From contig NC_045697.1 of the NCBI RefSeq assembly GCF_009834535.1, positions 73,596,001 to 73,660,000 on the forward strand: a stretch of 64,000 nucleotides of DNA. The letters are read 5' to 3'. The DNA comes from Camelus ferus. Lineage: Eukaryota. Under the pieces are notes generated by a model. The model worked only from the letters and a program-made list of their open reading frames with translations, was not told the origin of the DNA and made no database searches. Below, piece by piece: positions 38,601 through 52,156 of the stretch. The position numbers and the translations under genes are program-made. The first letter of the stretch is position 1, and each line of letters opens with the position of its first letter.

Positions 38601-39914
38601 GGGAAGCATATCAGGGATAGATGGCTGAGGGGCTGAATGTTGCTAATCAGGAAGAGGGCTGCTCAAAAATCTAAGTTGCACTATAGGATGTTTCTCAGAT
38701 TAGACACCCATACTCAAATATTAAAGGGATTATTTCACATAGAGGATGCTAAGTACAAAATTAAAACAAGATGAATTATTCCTGACAGGGAGGAAAAAAG
38801 ACTATAATCAGATTTCTTACCCTAAGCTTTGGGGGGATTGCAAATGCCTGACAAGAATACTAGACAATTCTGGAAGGAACGGGCATATGGTGATATATTC
38901 AATCCTAGGGATCTGAGGAGTCAGTGCTTACAGATGAACCAGGATTCATATAAGCCAGCTTTTACTTAGGAATGTCGATTAGATGCCAAAGACATGGAAA
39001 TAGATGTAGTAGGAGGGGTAGGGAGGGCCAGCCAGCCAGAGCTGAGCTTCCCTCTGGAATTGTGGTTCACGGATCAAAATTTCTCTAAAACCTCATGAAA
39101 AAGCCTGCAGATTAGGAGAACTACCAGTCACTTGACAACATATTTGTTCAAGGACTTCTCTCTTCGGGGAGAAAAGGGAATCTAACAGAGCTAAGAACCA
39201 GAGGAAACAGGTAAGAGAGAGGACACCCAGACCCGCAGGTGATCAACGGTCAGAAAGCCTTGCCGGGGCTTCAGATGAAACCAACCATGAGTCAGGAGCA
39301 CTTGTCCCAGAGCAAACAGCGTGGGAGCTGGCAGGGAGCAGCGGACTTGGGTTGTTCCCTTATTTACTCCGGTGAAAGGTCCCCAAAGGTGTAGTGAGAT
39401 GGAAGCAGAGCTGGTGCCAGGCCCCTCCCAGCTTCTGTTGTTTACTCACATAACAGAAAACCGTGCCTGGTTCCAATTGTGGGGAACACCACATTGTAGT
39501 CCAGCACCTGGAAGTGGCCCCTCACCTACACTCCCTGCATAAATATTTATTTCCTGAATAAAATAGTTCCCAACAAATTAGTTTTTGTTTATTAAGTTCC
39601 AAGTTAGTTTACATCATCTAATTATATACTGAGTGCACTCTGTCTGACAAGTAAATTCAAAACCCTAATTCACAGAGCGGGGAAAAAAGAAAAGGGAAAG
39701 AGGTAGATCTCCTAAATCTACTCACAAGTCTTATTCCTAGATTAGTGTCGATACATTAATTAGGTCCTGACATTCTGAGAATAACTAATATGCATTCATT
39801 GCTCAAAAAATACAGATTGATCACTTGCCATGTGACAAATTTGTATCTGGCTCTGGGGATACACAGTTGAATGGCAAGAAGTGCTTTCCTTCAGAAAACT
39901 CAGCATCTAGAAGA

Positions 39915-40140
39915 GTGATAATAAGAGCTGACACTTACCAGTCACGTGTATTTAGCACTGTGCTAAGCATGTTACACACATTAATTTAATCTTCCCAATA
40001 AATATATTAAATGGTACTATTATTATCTTCATTTTCCAAATGACAAAACTACAACTGAAAAAGCTTAAGTAAGTCACTCAAGAATATACAAGTTACAGAG
40101 CTGAAGTTTGAACTCAGTAAAACTGACTCCAGAGTACAAG
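39915..40140 (-). mobile_element. MIR
   Basis: 'cactgtgctaagc...tattatcttcattttccaaatgacaaaact...tttgaactcag...ctgactccagag'. Confidence 0.7.
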
Positions 40141-40904
40141 AGCATGAAAAATATCTCTGAAAGACACGTGTGATTTCTAAAATACATATTTATCAGTAAC
40201 ACACAATGCCTAGTGCAGTAAAATGAATATCGAATATCAGTATTGTAACGTGAAATTCTATAAGCCTCTCTGATCTGAAAGATCCAAGAAGACTGTGAAT
40301 GTGTCTGGGGGTGGGAGTGGGGAAGGATGGCAGTAATTAAAATATTTATAACAATAGTAATAATAGAATAATGATCTGATGAAATTCTACCAGCAGACTC
40401 ATGGGAACCTAGCCTCTATATCTTTCTTTTGGGATCAAGAAGGACCTGAGGTATCTCTCTTAAGGGTTTACAGCCTGAGTCTTATTGGTCCCTCCTTTGT
40501 TGTTTCTGACAATAAGGCTTCAAAGGAGGAAGTAATTCACTTTATTCAATTTTTCATTGAAAGTTTGATGGAAAAATATGTGCTCAATGGAGATCTTGAG
40601 GAGAGGGAGAAATTTTCTAGGTAGTCAAGGAAGGGAAGATATTCTAGGCTGAGGAAACAGAAGGACATGTATTCTAGAATCTCTAGAACATAGAAAAAGG
40701 GGTACAGAAACTGGAGGTACACACACTAGCTAGAAATTGACTGAAAAAATAGAGAAACTTCCCAAGAAAAAAATGAGTGTCATTTTTTTGTGTGACATAA
40801 AACAAATGACAGTGAGTAATGAGTAAGATGGAATGGATATGTGAAACATGCTATCAAGGTCAAGATGACAGTCTTCAGTGACAAATGAGATTTTTACTCA
40901 TATG

Positions 40905-42070
40905 TTAATCCATAGAATATTTATTGAGCACCCACTATGTTTTTGGTATGGCTCTAAGTGCAACAATGGACCCAAGTCTTTGCCTTATGATGTTTTATGA
41001 TGCATTCCAGTGGGGGCAATAGAAAGTACACAAGTACCTCTATAATAACATGTTAGGTAATAATAAATGCAATGGAGAAACAGAGAGCAGGAGAAGGTAT
41101 GCTGGTGGAGTGGGCAGGGGAGACAATGGGACAGACGAGGAGGGTGGGAAACAGAATAATGGTCCCCCATAATATCCAAAGTTTAAACCCTGGAACCCGT
41201 GAATGTGTCGTGTCATAAAACAAAGGGGGATTACGTTTGTACATGGAATTATGGGGCCAATCAGTCAACTGTAAAATAAAAAGATTACACTAGATTATTT
41301 GGGCAAGCCTGATATAATCTCAAGGGTCCTTAAAAGTGAATGAGGAAATCAGAAAAAAAGAAAAAAAAAAAAAGAGAGAGCGAGAGAGATGTCTGACTAA
41401 GAGGTACTTGGCTCGATGTTGCTGACTTAGAAGGTGGAGAAAAGACTATGAACTGAGCAACGTGGGCATCCTCCAGGGGCTCTGGGGGGCAAGGACACAG
41501 ATTCTCCCCTAGAGCCTCCAGAAAGGAACTCAGCCCAGCCGACACCCTGGTTTTAGCCAAGTAAGATCTGTAGCAGACTTCTGACCTCCTGAACTGTAGG
41601 ACAGTAAAATTGTATTGTTTAAGTCACTGAGTCTGTGGTGGTATATTTCAGCAGCAACGGGAAACCGACACAGGGAGCGGCAGCTCCCTCCCTGGATAAT
41701 CACTAGAACGGCAGGTGATAGTGTCATTAGTCCAGGGAGAGGAAATAAAAGGAGGGGAGTTTTCTTATTTGCTATTCAGAGTATTTTGAGAAAAAATGAT
41801 GAGTTCAGTTTCAAAATTATTGGTGCAGGTACCAACAAGGACAACCAGATGGAAATGTTTAGAAGATAGTTGAATAGAAACATCAGGGGAAAAAAGGATA
41901 ATGGATTTGGGAGTTTTGCCATGTTTTCAGTCCATCTGCAAGTGGTAGTAGAATCCATAAGCAAAGATGAGATTGTCCAGGGAGTGCCTGTAGCAGCATG
42001 AGAAGTAAGGGGTTCCTAGCACAGAGACCTTGAGAATACTCACTTAGAAAGATGTGGGGGAAATAGTGAC
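40905..42070 (-). mobile_element. L2 interrupted by the MLT1 LTR at 41143-41672
   Basis: Tail 'aatatttattgagcacccactatg'. Body resumes after the LTR ('atgatgagttcagttt', 'atgagattgtccagggag'). Confidence 0.65.
41143..41672 (+). mobile_element. MaLR LTR, MLT1D-like
   Basis: 'cagaataatggtccccca', 'gattctcccctagagcctccagaaaggaac', 'cagacttctgacctcctgaactgta'. Confidence 0.88.
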
Positions 42071-42099
42071 TTGCAAAGGAGACTCTCCCTCTAGATATA

Positions 42100-42890
42100 T
42101 CCAACCCCACCTTGGATCTCAGTCCTGCGTCCACGCCCACACTGATTACAGCTCATAGGAGATCTCCACTTGCATGTTGCACAAGCCCATCAAATTTGCT
42201 GTGTCCAAAATGAAATTAATCTCCCACATACCTGATCGTCTTGCTGTGTCCTTACTTTCAGCTCAGGATTCCTCTGGGAACTTAGTTATCCAAAGTAGAG
42301 AGTCATGGATTAACTAGGATTCTCCCCGTCTTTCCCTAGCCTCCTCATAAAATCCTTTATCAAATTCTATCAGTTCAATCTCCATATGCTTCTCAAATTT
42401 TTTGACGTCTCCCCTTCCCCACTGCTGTTTTCCAGGCCATGATCATCTCTCAGCAAGACCTCAGCATTAGCCTTTCCCATGCTTTCTTCCCCCTCCTCAC
42501 TCCATTCCCGCACTGCTCCCAGCACGCTGTTTCAAATGCACAAGTGCTTGTATCACTGCCCTGCCAAAAACCCTACAGTGGTTTTTCCTGTACTCTCGAG
42601 ATAAAAATCGAAGTCCCTTAGCACGGCAAAAACTCCATGAAATGACCTCACTCTTGACTATGCCCCCAATCTCAACATCTCTCCTAAGTCACATGAAAAA
42701 GTTGACTTTTTCTCAATACACCATCTGTTTTCTCATGTATCCTATCCTTGGCACATACTGCTCCCTCTGCCTTTAGAAAACCCCACCCTTCTCTATGTCA
42801 ATAACTTATCCTGGCCCTTCAGGACTCAGCTTATGTACTATCTCTTTCAGAAATCTTCCCCAGACATCTCCAAAATGTACTGAGGAGCAC
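42100..42890 (+). mobile_element. L2 fragment
   Basis: 'atctccacttgcatgt', 'tgtccaaaatgaaattaatc', 'ccttcaggactcagctt'. Confidence 0.65.
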
Positions 42891-45800
42891 CCTGCAATGT
42901 AAACCTTTATGCAGAAAAGAGATTTATTAAAAATATGTCAGAGAAATTATTAAAGACTGAGAAAGGGGGATTATTTTTAAAAAAAAAAGAAAGACAGAAA
43001 ACAGGTACATTCTGGGGCCTGGTGGCAGAAACCCCCAACACCACTGCCAGGATGCCACCCCTGGAACACATTCACACAAAGCTTACTTTTCATCCTCTTG
43101 TCAGCCTCTCATGATTCAGTCCCAGGAGAGAGTCTGGTCTGTCTGGCCGGAGTCATATGATGACCACTTGGCTAGAGGAAGGCCATACTGACATATATTC
43201 TTACCACCACCACGCACACAGGGAGAAGGGAATTCACCGCACTGACATCAAGGTGCTGCCACCAAGGAAGGAGAGTCAAAAACAACCGTAAATATCCACC
43301 ACAGCCTTAAACTAAACGTGGGGGTCACTGGATTTGTGCTGTCAGAAACATATTTTTCCCCTAAAGTGTGATAACACATTGGAGAAAATCAGAATAGACT
43401 TTGAGCTGTCTTGTTTTCAAAGAAACTTGGTATTTAAATTTTAACAGTGTCTTGAGTAAGTCAACCATTCATTACAATGTGCTGTAGGCTAAAATCATGG
43501 CCGCTTCTTTTGTCAACTGAAATAAAAAGCTCAAAAAAGATATTTTGTACTAAAAAAAAATGATATTCCATTTGAGTTATATCTTGGGTAAGGAAACCCC
43601 CAGGATAGACTGATACCTCATATGTAGTAGTGAGGCTCATAAGAGCAAGTAAAGAGATACAGTCTTTTTCCTGAAGAGCAGTGAGCATCTTTCTATTACC
43701 TCTTGTTTCTCTTTTAGGCCTCATGAAGTCACAAGGCACAGCCCACAGTAGCACAGATACAGTCACAATTCCAGCAGACATCCACCAGGCATGCCTATAG
43801 ATTTCCCTTCAGCTCCTGGCCCTGACATCCTCCACATGTCACAGGTACTTAGTTATATTTATTTTTCAATCAAGGCATGAGCTCCCCAGCTGCAAAAGGG
43901 ATAGGGCATGCAAAAACACCCTGGCTCAGAAGCAGACCTTGGGGTATGCCCGTTCTACAGTAGACAGACCTCCTCTCTGGAATCTCTTGGAAAGATCACT
44001 TGAAAGAAGCTTTAGTGAGAGGTACACTAGTGCAGCACCAAAGTCTCAAACCTTGGGATGCAGAACATCCATGTTTTCTATAAATAGGATACTGGGTGGC
44101 TAGACAGCACATGTGACCTCTTCAAGGTTTCCATCTTTCTGCCACCAAGTTTATTAGCATTCATTTTTTACTCTCATCTACTGATGGGTATTAACAGAAG
44201 CAGAATTGCATATCATTGGATATTCCATTAACATAAAGTTCTTTTAAAAAGAAAAAAAGAAGTGGCAGCAGCTTATAGAGGAAAAACTATTTCAGAAAGT
44301 GTTCTTATCCTGGTTTCTCTGCTAACTGGCAATGTTACCTTGTGCAAACTAACTTTTCTGTGTTTCTAGTTTTTCTACTGTGCATAGTAGCATTAGTTGT
44401 GAGAGCTCAGTAAGATAATTGACATAAAAGTAGTTTGGAAAAGAAAAAAGCAAACTATTATAACCAAAATCAGAATAGACAAGTGCTTTGACAAATTCAC
44501 TACTTTACTCCAAAATTATAATTCCCATCTGATAATAATGCTACTTTCAGAGTCAGGAACTAGAGAAGCGCTCCATTTCTTCCCACAGTTATACTGTGTT
44601 ACTTCCCAGTCGTGCCAAGCAAGTTCTTCTCCCTAGTTTTGTAAGTTACCTACTGACAACTAATAAGTGGCTTTTCAGCCAATGAGTGTTCTGGTTATTA
44701 TCTTCCCCCAAAATAGGAAAAGTAAAATTCTGAAAAGTTCACTGAATGACACAACAACTTCCGGCAGATTTCATTTCTATTAATGCTTAGCCATCAAAAC
44801 ACCAGCACTTTGAAGAAAATTGGATGTGATATGAGCCAAGCCAAATAAATATAAACATTGACTATTCATAGGTACATATATGTTGAATCTAAAACTTATT
44901 TTTAAGTGATTCTGGAGGCACTTTTGGAAGCCCAATAAATGCTTCAGAAATCAGTAGGACATCCACAAATGGTAATAGTATTTAGCTCATTTCAATGGAA
45001 ATAGTCTCATTAACATGTCAGCTGCTAAAAATGTATGAGTCCAGCCACATCCTTTGGCTGCCTCAAGGTAAGAAACCCTGCTTGCAAAGTGTTGCTTTAA
45101 AAAATAATCCTTGTTTGAATTGCTAGCAGTTGCTCTAGTGGTAGCCCATGGCAAGAAATTCAACCCCTTCTCTCTCCCTGCTCCCTCTATGAACACTTCC
45201 AAACCCTTCAGCTAGCTTTTATACTGCCAAAGCAAAACAACTTTTCTGACTGCATTTTAAATTATTTTAACCAGCTTGAGTGATAGACACCCTCCTCGGT
45301 GCAGAAAATGCAAAATTTCAATCTAAAAACTTCAGAATTCAGAACATCGACATCTTCTGCAAAATGATCTCAAAGTCCCAAACGTAATGAGCAATATCTG
45401 TAATAACGTCAGGGCAAATATCCAGTAAAACAATCACATGGCATTAACCAAGCAACTCTTTTAGATTATCTGCTTTCTAAGAATTTATTAAATGGAAAAC
45501 TTTTAATAATTTTTGTTCTCAGAGTATGAGGTTTGCTTTTAAAAAGGCGGCTTCAAGGAAGGGTTTCATTTCTATATTGGTGACTTAAAACACTAGGATG
45601 TTTAGGAAGACGTCATATAGAGTCTGCCTTGAATTAAAGCAATTTCAGGCAATAGAGCTCATACAGGAACTATAATTCATGGGAAATATTTTTTTAAATA
45701 TGTGATCAATGAAACATTGAAACCTGTATTTGCTATCACATTAACTTTAAGTCTTTAGAACTGTTCACTCAGCACCTACATTGATTATTTTGAGCCATTA

Positions 45801-46234
45801 GCTAAGCTCACGTTCCATATTCTATCCAAATTAGGCAGAATAGCACAAATTGAAAGAAAGAATATTTTAATTATATTTTAAGATTAAAATGCCAAGAAAG
45901 TTCTTCCCATTTCCCAGTTTTGCTAAGTAATAAATCACTGGTTAACATTTCAAAATTCTATATAAAACGACTTTTGCTTTCTTGGAAACACCAACCGAGT
46001 ACCTCTGAAACCTTCTTGACGAGTTCTCTAAAAGCAATTAGTGACTTTTTTCTTCATTGGAATGAGAGGTTTTACAGCAAGTTTTCAAGGCTCCTGCTCC
46101 CACCCTCTTTCTAATGCTTTAAATCCAAATGGCAAGTAGCCAGATGGCACAGAGTGTTCAGTGCAGAAAACAGGAGTCTCTTAACATCTCGAAACCAGCT
46201 CTACCGCTTCTGCTTCTGGCACCAAGGAATAAAA

Positions 46235-47745
46235 AGGAAGAGAAAGAGGAAATGGGAGGAAATCTCTGTGACCTTGGGTTAGGAAAAGATTTCTTAGGTA
46301 TTACATCAAAAGCAAGATCCACAAAATAACAAATTGATAAATTGGACTTCATTGAAATTAAAAACATGTTCTTTTAAAAACAGTACTAAGAGAGTGAAAA
46401 GGAAAGTCACAGACTAGGAAAAAATATTTGTGTATTATACGTATGATAAAGAACTTGTTTAAAGAATGCATAAAGATCTTTCAAAACTCAGGAAAAAAAT
46501 CTTAGTAAGAGGGGAAAAAATTTCAATAGACACTTGCACAAAGAAGTCATGCAGACTGCAAATAAACAGATGAAAAGATATTCAACATCATTTATCAATA
46601 AAGGGATGCAAATTAAAGCCAAAATGAGATACCACTGCACATCCATCAGAATGAATAAAATTTAAAAACTTGTATCAAATGTCTATAACACTGTAGGACA
46701 ACTGGAAACCTCATGCACTGCTGAGGAAAACGTGAAATGGTACAACCAGTTTGGAAAACAATGTGACAGTTTCTTAAATTAACATGCACCTACCACATGA
46801 TTCAGCCATTCCACTCCCAGATTTTTACCTAAGAGAAATGAAAGTATCTGTCTGTGAGTGTTCAGACAGCTGTGTTTGTAATTACCAAAAAATCGGAAAC
46901 AATCCAAATACCATCAACGTATGAATGGATCAACAAACGGTTCTTTACCCATTATGAGAGAATATTACTCTGCAATATAAAAGAATGAACTATTGACACA
47001 TGACAACGTAGATGAATCTCAAAGTAAGTGTAATGAGAGAAAGAAATTAAACAGAAACAAAAAAAGCACATAATATATGATTCTATTTATATGAAATTCT
47101 AGAGAATGCAAAGTAATCTGTAGTAACAAAAAGCAGATCAGTGGTTGCCCAGGGAAGAGGGAAAGGGGTGGGATGGAGCAGGAGGAAGAAGTTACAAAGG
47201 AACACAAGAGAGCTCTTGGAGAGAAAGACAAATATCATACATTATCACTTACATGTGGAATTTAAAAATAATGACACAGATGAACTTATTTACAAAACAG
47301 AAACAGACTCACAGACATAGAAAACTTATGGTTGCCAAAGGGGAAGAGAGGAAGAGGGACAAATTAAGAGTTTGGGATTAGCAGATACAAACTACTATAT
47401 ATAAAATAGATAACCAACAAGGTCATACTGTATAGCACAGGGGACTATATTTAATAGCTTGTAATAACCTATAATGAAAAAGAACATATACGTATGTATA
47501 ATTGAATCACTATTCTGTACATCAGAAACTAATACAACATTGTAAATCAACTAAACTTCAATTTTAAAAAAATGCTCTTGGAGGTGATAAGTTAACTATC
47601 TTAATTGCAGTGAGATTTTTGTGCATGTAAACATATATACAAATTTACCAATTGTATGCTTTATATACATGCAGTTCAATTTATGTAATTTATACCTCAA
47701 TAAAGCTGTATGTTAAAAAAACAAAAGGAAAGAAAAGAAAGAAAA
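46235..47745 (+). mobile_element. Old L1M (L1MB/MC/MD-like) 3' portion with A tail
   Basis: 'gaccttgggttaggaaaagatttctta', 'ttgataaattggacttcat', 'ttatacctcaataaagctg', then an A-rich tail. Confidence 0.88.
47222..47573 (+). mobile_element. Young L1 3'UTR nested in the older L1
   Basis: 10-bp TSD gctcttggag at 47212-47221 and 47574-47583. Homologous to 32056-32430. Confidence 0.9.
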
Positions 47746-50247
47746 ACATTCTCCAGAGACAATGTTTGGATATCACATAGTTGGGAGTAAACCAAGTTGT
47801 CTGCTCTTGGCGCACACTGAACTTCCCTCCCCCATTCATGGCATCTGCAAATTTAACAACTATCAAATAAAGTGTGCAGTCTTCATGGATAATATACTTA
47901 TACACACAAAAGGCATCCAAACAATTAGCCACTTTCCCAGAATAACTATCAATGTCTGATGAGTACAAAGCAGACAGATTTGATCTACAATGTTTCCCTC
48001 CTCCGTGATGGTGGGCGGGTAAAACATGTTTATACATTGGGACATGCTCATTTCCCAGGCTTCACTGAAGGGCTAGATGCACGTCTTTTCTTTTTACCCC
48101 AGACTTTTGCACCACTGGGGATCTGTTGCCTTGCAGCCTGCGGGCTCTGTCCCTGGAGCAGATGGAGCAATTCTTTCCTCCTTCTAGTTAGATTTGATAC
48201 TCACTGATAAACATTTCCTCCTTGCTGAGTATTCTTGTTCACATGTGTTCACTTGGCATTGTACCTGCTCATAAGATGTTCTAGCAACACAGGTGCCAAG
48301 TCATAATGGTTCTGCTCTGGGAGCCTAGAGTCTTCGGGGTACTATTTAATTCTGTCCTTTGAACCTTCCTGATGATGATGTGATAAAGCTTTAGACATTT
48401 TTTTTGCAATATATTGCTGACATTCTCAGATTCATTCAGCTTAAGATACTTTTATAAAAAGATAGCATTTTGACATCCTTGGTGTGTAGTGAAGACTAGC
48501 TCTTTCTCACTTCTGTTTCTTCCCTAAGGAAGATGCCAATGGCTTTATTAAAAAGGAAGGGGCTGTTTGCCAGTTGGAACGGCCTCATATGCCCTGTGAA
48601 GCTGCCCAACGTAGCTGGTGGGCCAAAGAACCCAGTCGCCATCCTGGAATCTGGTTCCCGCCAGAGCTCACATGAACTGAGACTCAGCAGAAAAAAGCCA
48701 ACAAGTCTATGGTATATGTAGCTATTTTCTTGGCACAAGTGCAATTCAGTTTATACCAGCTAGTGTTGCCTGTTTGCCTGTGTGGAGTATTTACCTCATA
48801 TACAAATAAGAAGTTCCTATGACCCTTGGTAGACATCGTAATAGTTTAGACTGAAAACTGACCCAGAGCAGAATTCTGCCAGTTCTACTGTGATTAACTC
48901 ATTGCACTGGCAAAGAAAAGGCAGCTCTGGCTGAGCCTTTAGGTTTAGGCTGAGAAGCAGCCTACCAAGCGCTCTACTACTATGATCCAGTCAATGTACA
49001 GTGAACCCCGAGGTTTTTGGATACCTTTAAACCACTTCCAACATACACGGAATGGGAAGACAGCATCGGTACAAGCACTGACTCTTCCCAGTATGTCATC
49101 TGTGGAGTTTTGGATTCTTCTTTTGTGGTCTAGAGTCCCTTGAAAGGTGGAAAATACATCACTAACCCAGGTTTCCAGCATCCTTTGGGTTTTCAGCATA
49201 GACACATAATCCAAGGAACGTAATGCCAACGATGAGCAACCCCCCCCCCATGATTCCTACCATCCAAGGGATTTGGACAGAACTGACATCTTCAGAAATG
49301 CTGTGAGTAAAGTGCTACTCAATGAATGGGCTTTGTCTTCCTGTATTTCTTCCCGTTCCAGTGCTGACAGTATGAGTTTGTTAAAAATCTCTCTTCAGCC
49401 TGAGGGTAAAAGGACTCTTAGAAACTTCCCAGACCAACTGAACATGTCTCCAACTTAAACTTTAGACACACATCTACATCTTAACAATTTCAAAAGCTGC
49501 CCAGTTAGCATTTACTTAAATTACTGCTGATATTGAAAATAAATTGAAATGTTACATTATTTGGTTACTCTTTGTCTCCTGTAATTTTTTAAATTAAATA
49601 TTTGCCACAGTAAAAGTTGCCAAGTATCTTAATTATTCAGTGCATGTGCTGAAAAGGCTTCAATTACTATGTGAATACTCTTTGAGGTGCAGGATTAAAA
49701 TTTCACTTATTCCATTTGTTAAGGAATAGGGAATGTTTTCTTGCTGACAGGGAAAGGAAAGCAATATTTGAAAGTGAAAACCAAGCAAAATTGTATGCAT
49801 TTCAGAGTACATTTCTCCAAGCAGCTCACACTGAGTAGCGAAGTCACATAGTTAGAGTCACTTTCCTTCTTATTCATGCATTTCCTGATATATAAAAACA
49901 TCTGTTTAGTTAGTCAGAAAGTACACATTGTCACAGTCCAAGCCATTGTGACTGTTCATAACAGGAAGTGGGGACTGATATGGATTATCAGTTGGAGTGT
50001 GGGACACAGGTGCTTCTGCAATTTGGTTATTAAATATTTTTAACATCATTCCAAGTTATAAGCTGCAATTGGGAGTAAGTTAGTAGTAATTTTATTTTTA
50101 TTTTTTTTACCACAGTTTTGTATTGTGTACAGCTAATTTAGTGAATGCACTGGCCCAGGCTAAAATGCATGAAGGGAGGAAAGAGCAGGAATCTTCCCTT
50201 GAAAACAGAGAAGCAGAACTTGATGAGGACATAAGCTGTTTCTCTGC

Positions 50248-50606
50248 TGTCTCAGTCCATGCAGGCTGCTATAACAAAATACCATAGTCTGGGTAACTTA
50301 TAAACCATAAATTTATTTCTCACAGTTCTGGAGGCTGAGAAGTCTAAGGTTAAGGTGCCAGTGGATCTGGTATTTGGTGAGATGTCTGCCCCACTTCCTG
50401 TCTCACAGATGGCCATCTTTTTCACTGTGCCCTCACATGGTGGAAGAGGGGAGGGAGTTCTCTGGGGTCTCTTTTACAAGAGCACTAATCCCATTCATGA
50501 GAGCTCCACCTTCATGACCTAGGAACCTCCCAATGGCACCACCTCCTAATACCATTACATTTTGACATTTGAACTTTGAAGAGACACAAACATTCAGACC
50601 ATAACA
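50248..50606 (-). mobile_element. MaLR LTR, MLT1A/B-like
   Basis: 'tgtctcagtcc...gctgctataacaaaataccata', 'tttatttctcacagttctggaggctg', 'acacaaacattcagaccataaca'. Confidence 0.9.
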
Positions 50607-50718
50607 CCTGTGGTCATAACTTTACCTCTTGTTTCTTAATTTTTAGCTTCTGTCATCTTTTGAGACCTATAGGCCCTCACTGCGTGCCTGCATTACAATA
50701 TGAAAGAGTCACAATCTA

Positions 50719-50826
50719 GGGGGAAGGATATATATAGCTCAGTGGCAGAGTACATGCTTAGCATGCATGGGGTCTGGGGTTCAATCCCCATTACCTCCAT
50801 TAAAATAAGTAAATACATTTTTTTTA
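50719..50826 (+). mobile_element. tRNA-derived SINE (camelid type)
   Basis: A and B boxes present. Perfect direct repeat aaagagtcacaatctagg at 50703-50720 and 50827-50844. Confidence 0.92.
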
Positions 50827-50849
50827 AAAGAGTCACAATCTAGGCTGGT

Positions 50850-51100
50850 AATAACAACAACCATGAATTGAACACCTGTTACGGGCCAAATACCATGACA
50901 GCATTTTCCCATAAGTAAGTCCATACAACCCATAGTCCTCACAACAATCCTGCAAGATGAGTGTTATTACCTCCATTCTACGTGCAAGGAACCTAAGATT
51001 CAGAGAGGGTAAATTATTGACCAACAGACATACAGCATTAGGTAGCAGAGCTTCAAACACAGGATTGTCTGCTTCCAAAGTCAATTTTTCTCCTACTGTG
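50850..51100 (-). mobile_element. MIR
   Basis: 'tcctcacaacaatcctgcaag...tattacctccattctac...gattcagagagggtaaattattgacc'. Confidence 0.75.
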
Positions 51101-52156
51101 TTTTATATCGTTTCTTCTAGCAAAATTATAAAGACTGTCAAGCGTTCCCTGAGAGTCAGTGTGTCTCCTCCATTCCTGCCACTTCTTACTTTAATAAAAC
51201 AAGCAGCCTTTTCCCACCATTGACTTTAAATCCCAGTTATTTTAATACGGTTATGTTTGCTAGTACAATAATAATTACAACAACAACCCCCACATACGAC
51301 TAATCAAGATGTGTTTTCGTTTCTTACGAGAGAAATAGCTCTGGAATTGAGAACAACATAGACTGGGAGGGCCCACATATAACTGGAAAAGGAGATTTAG
51401 ATGAAGATAAAGGTGACAATTTCAAAAATTATTAACACTAGGAAGGAAACATTTCTCAGGTCATCCAAGAGTTAGCCTACTTAAAAGTGATAAGATAGAT
51501 TCCTTAGTAAGTCAGACAAAAGAAACTCTGGAATTTGGACAGGAAGTGATGTACAGAGGTTTAGATACCCACGGAAGTCAGTAAAGACTTGTAGCTGGAT
51601 TCTGCATCTAACTTCTCCACCTATTGTTTCAGATTAATTTATAGCTAATATCATAAGGTCATTTTTGTCATACCCCAAAGTGTTATTTTTCAAATCTGAG
51701 TAATGTATTCTTCCCTTTTAAAAAGGGAAACAATAATCGTGGAGGCTCATTTTTCATATTACTTAAATGTAAATTTCTTATGCTTGAAAAAAATAAAATT
51801 AATAACACAATAAATCTACACAGTAGATACAGTCAAAGCTATGGATATAATCAAATGAAGTTATAAAGTTAATTTAATATGATAAATGATGCCACTTTAC
51901 TGAAACCAAAGGATTGGCATTATAAATGGTAGACGATACACCCTCAGATCTGGTTCACATGTTAACTATTTACGTATGTTGAATTCAGTAATATTAATGC
52001 AGATAAATGCCTTTTTAACTTAAATACGCAACATATAATGGAATTACTAGTGTTAAGTTTTTTTTAATACTTCAAGATAATCAGAACTTACATTTAATCA
52101 AAGCTACAACAATCTATTTTCACATGCCAATGTAAATAACTCTATAAAAATGACTA

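Larger units (their letters stand above)
44950..49500 (-). pseudogene. Candidate, unconfirmed endogenous bornavirus-like L (EBLL) relic, split by the L1 at 46235-47745
   Basis: Short colinear frameshifted peptide matches to Borna disease virus L recalled from memory (PATL...PFQLA, VWMPFV, LRDSCFLH, LERGW). Each is near noise level; see findings. Confidence 0.2.

Noticed and set aside
49040..49360. Filovirus L-like blocks (E.E...ED.A, QGTL, FP.R)
   Set aside because: Short, needs insertions, and conflicts with other equally weak alignments of the same bases.
47750..49480. Ty3/Gypsy pol reading (STFQ...TDD as RT, HHHGGG...C as integrase zinc finger)
   Set aside because: Motif spacings do not fit and catalytic residues are missing. 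It also shows how easily this region gives chance alignments.
49500..51600. A second bornavirus L N-terminus / G C-terminus (MSSSSSASLFSRED and others)
   Set aside because: Redundant with equally weak matches at 57-58 kb, so at least one set is probably noise. This lowers confidence in the whole EBL idea.
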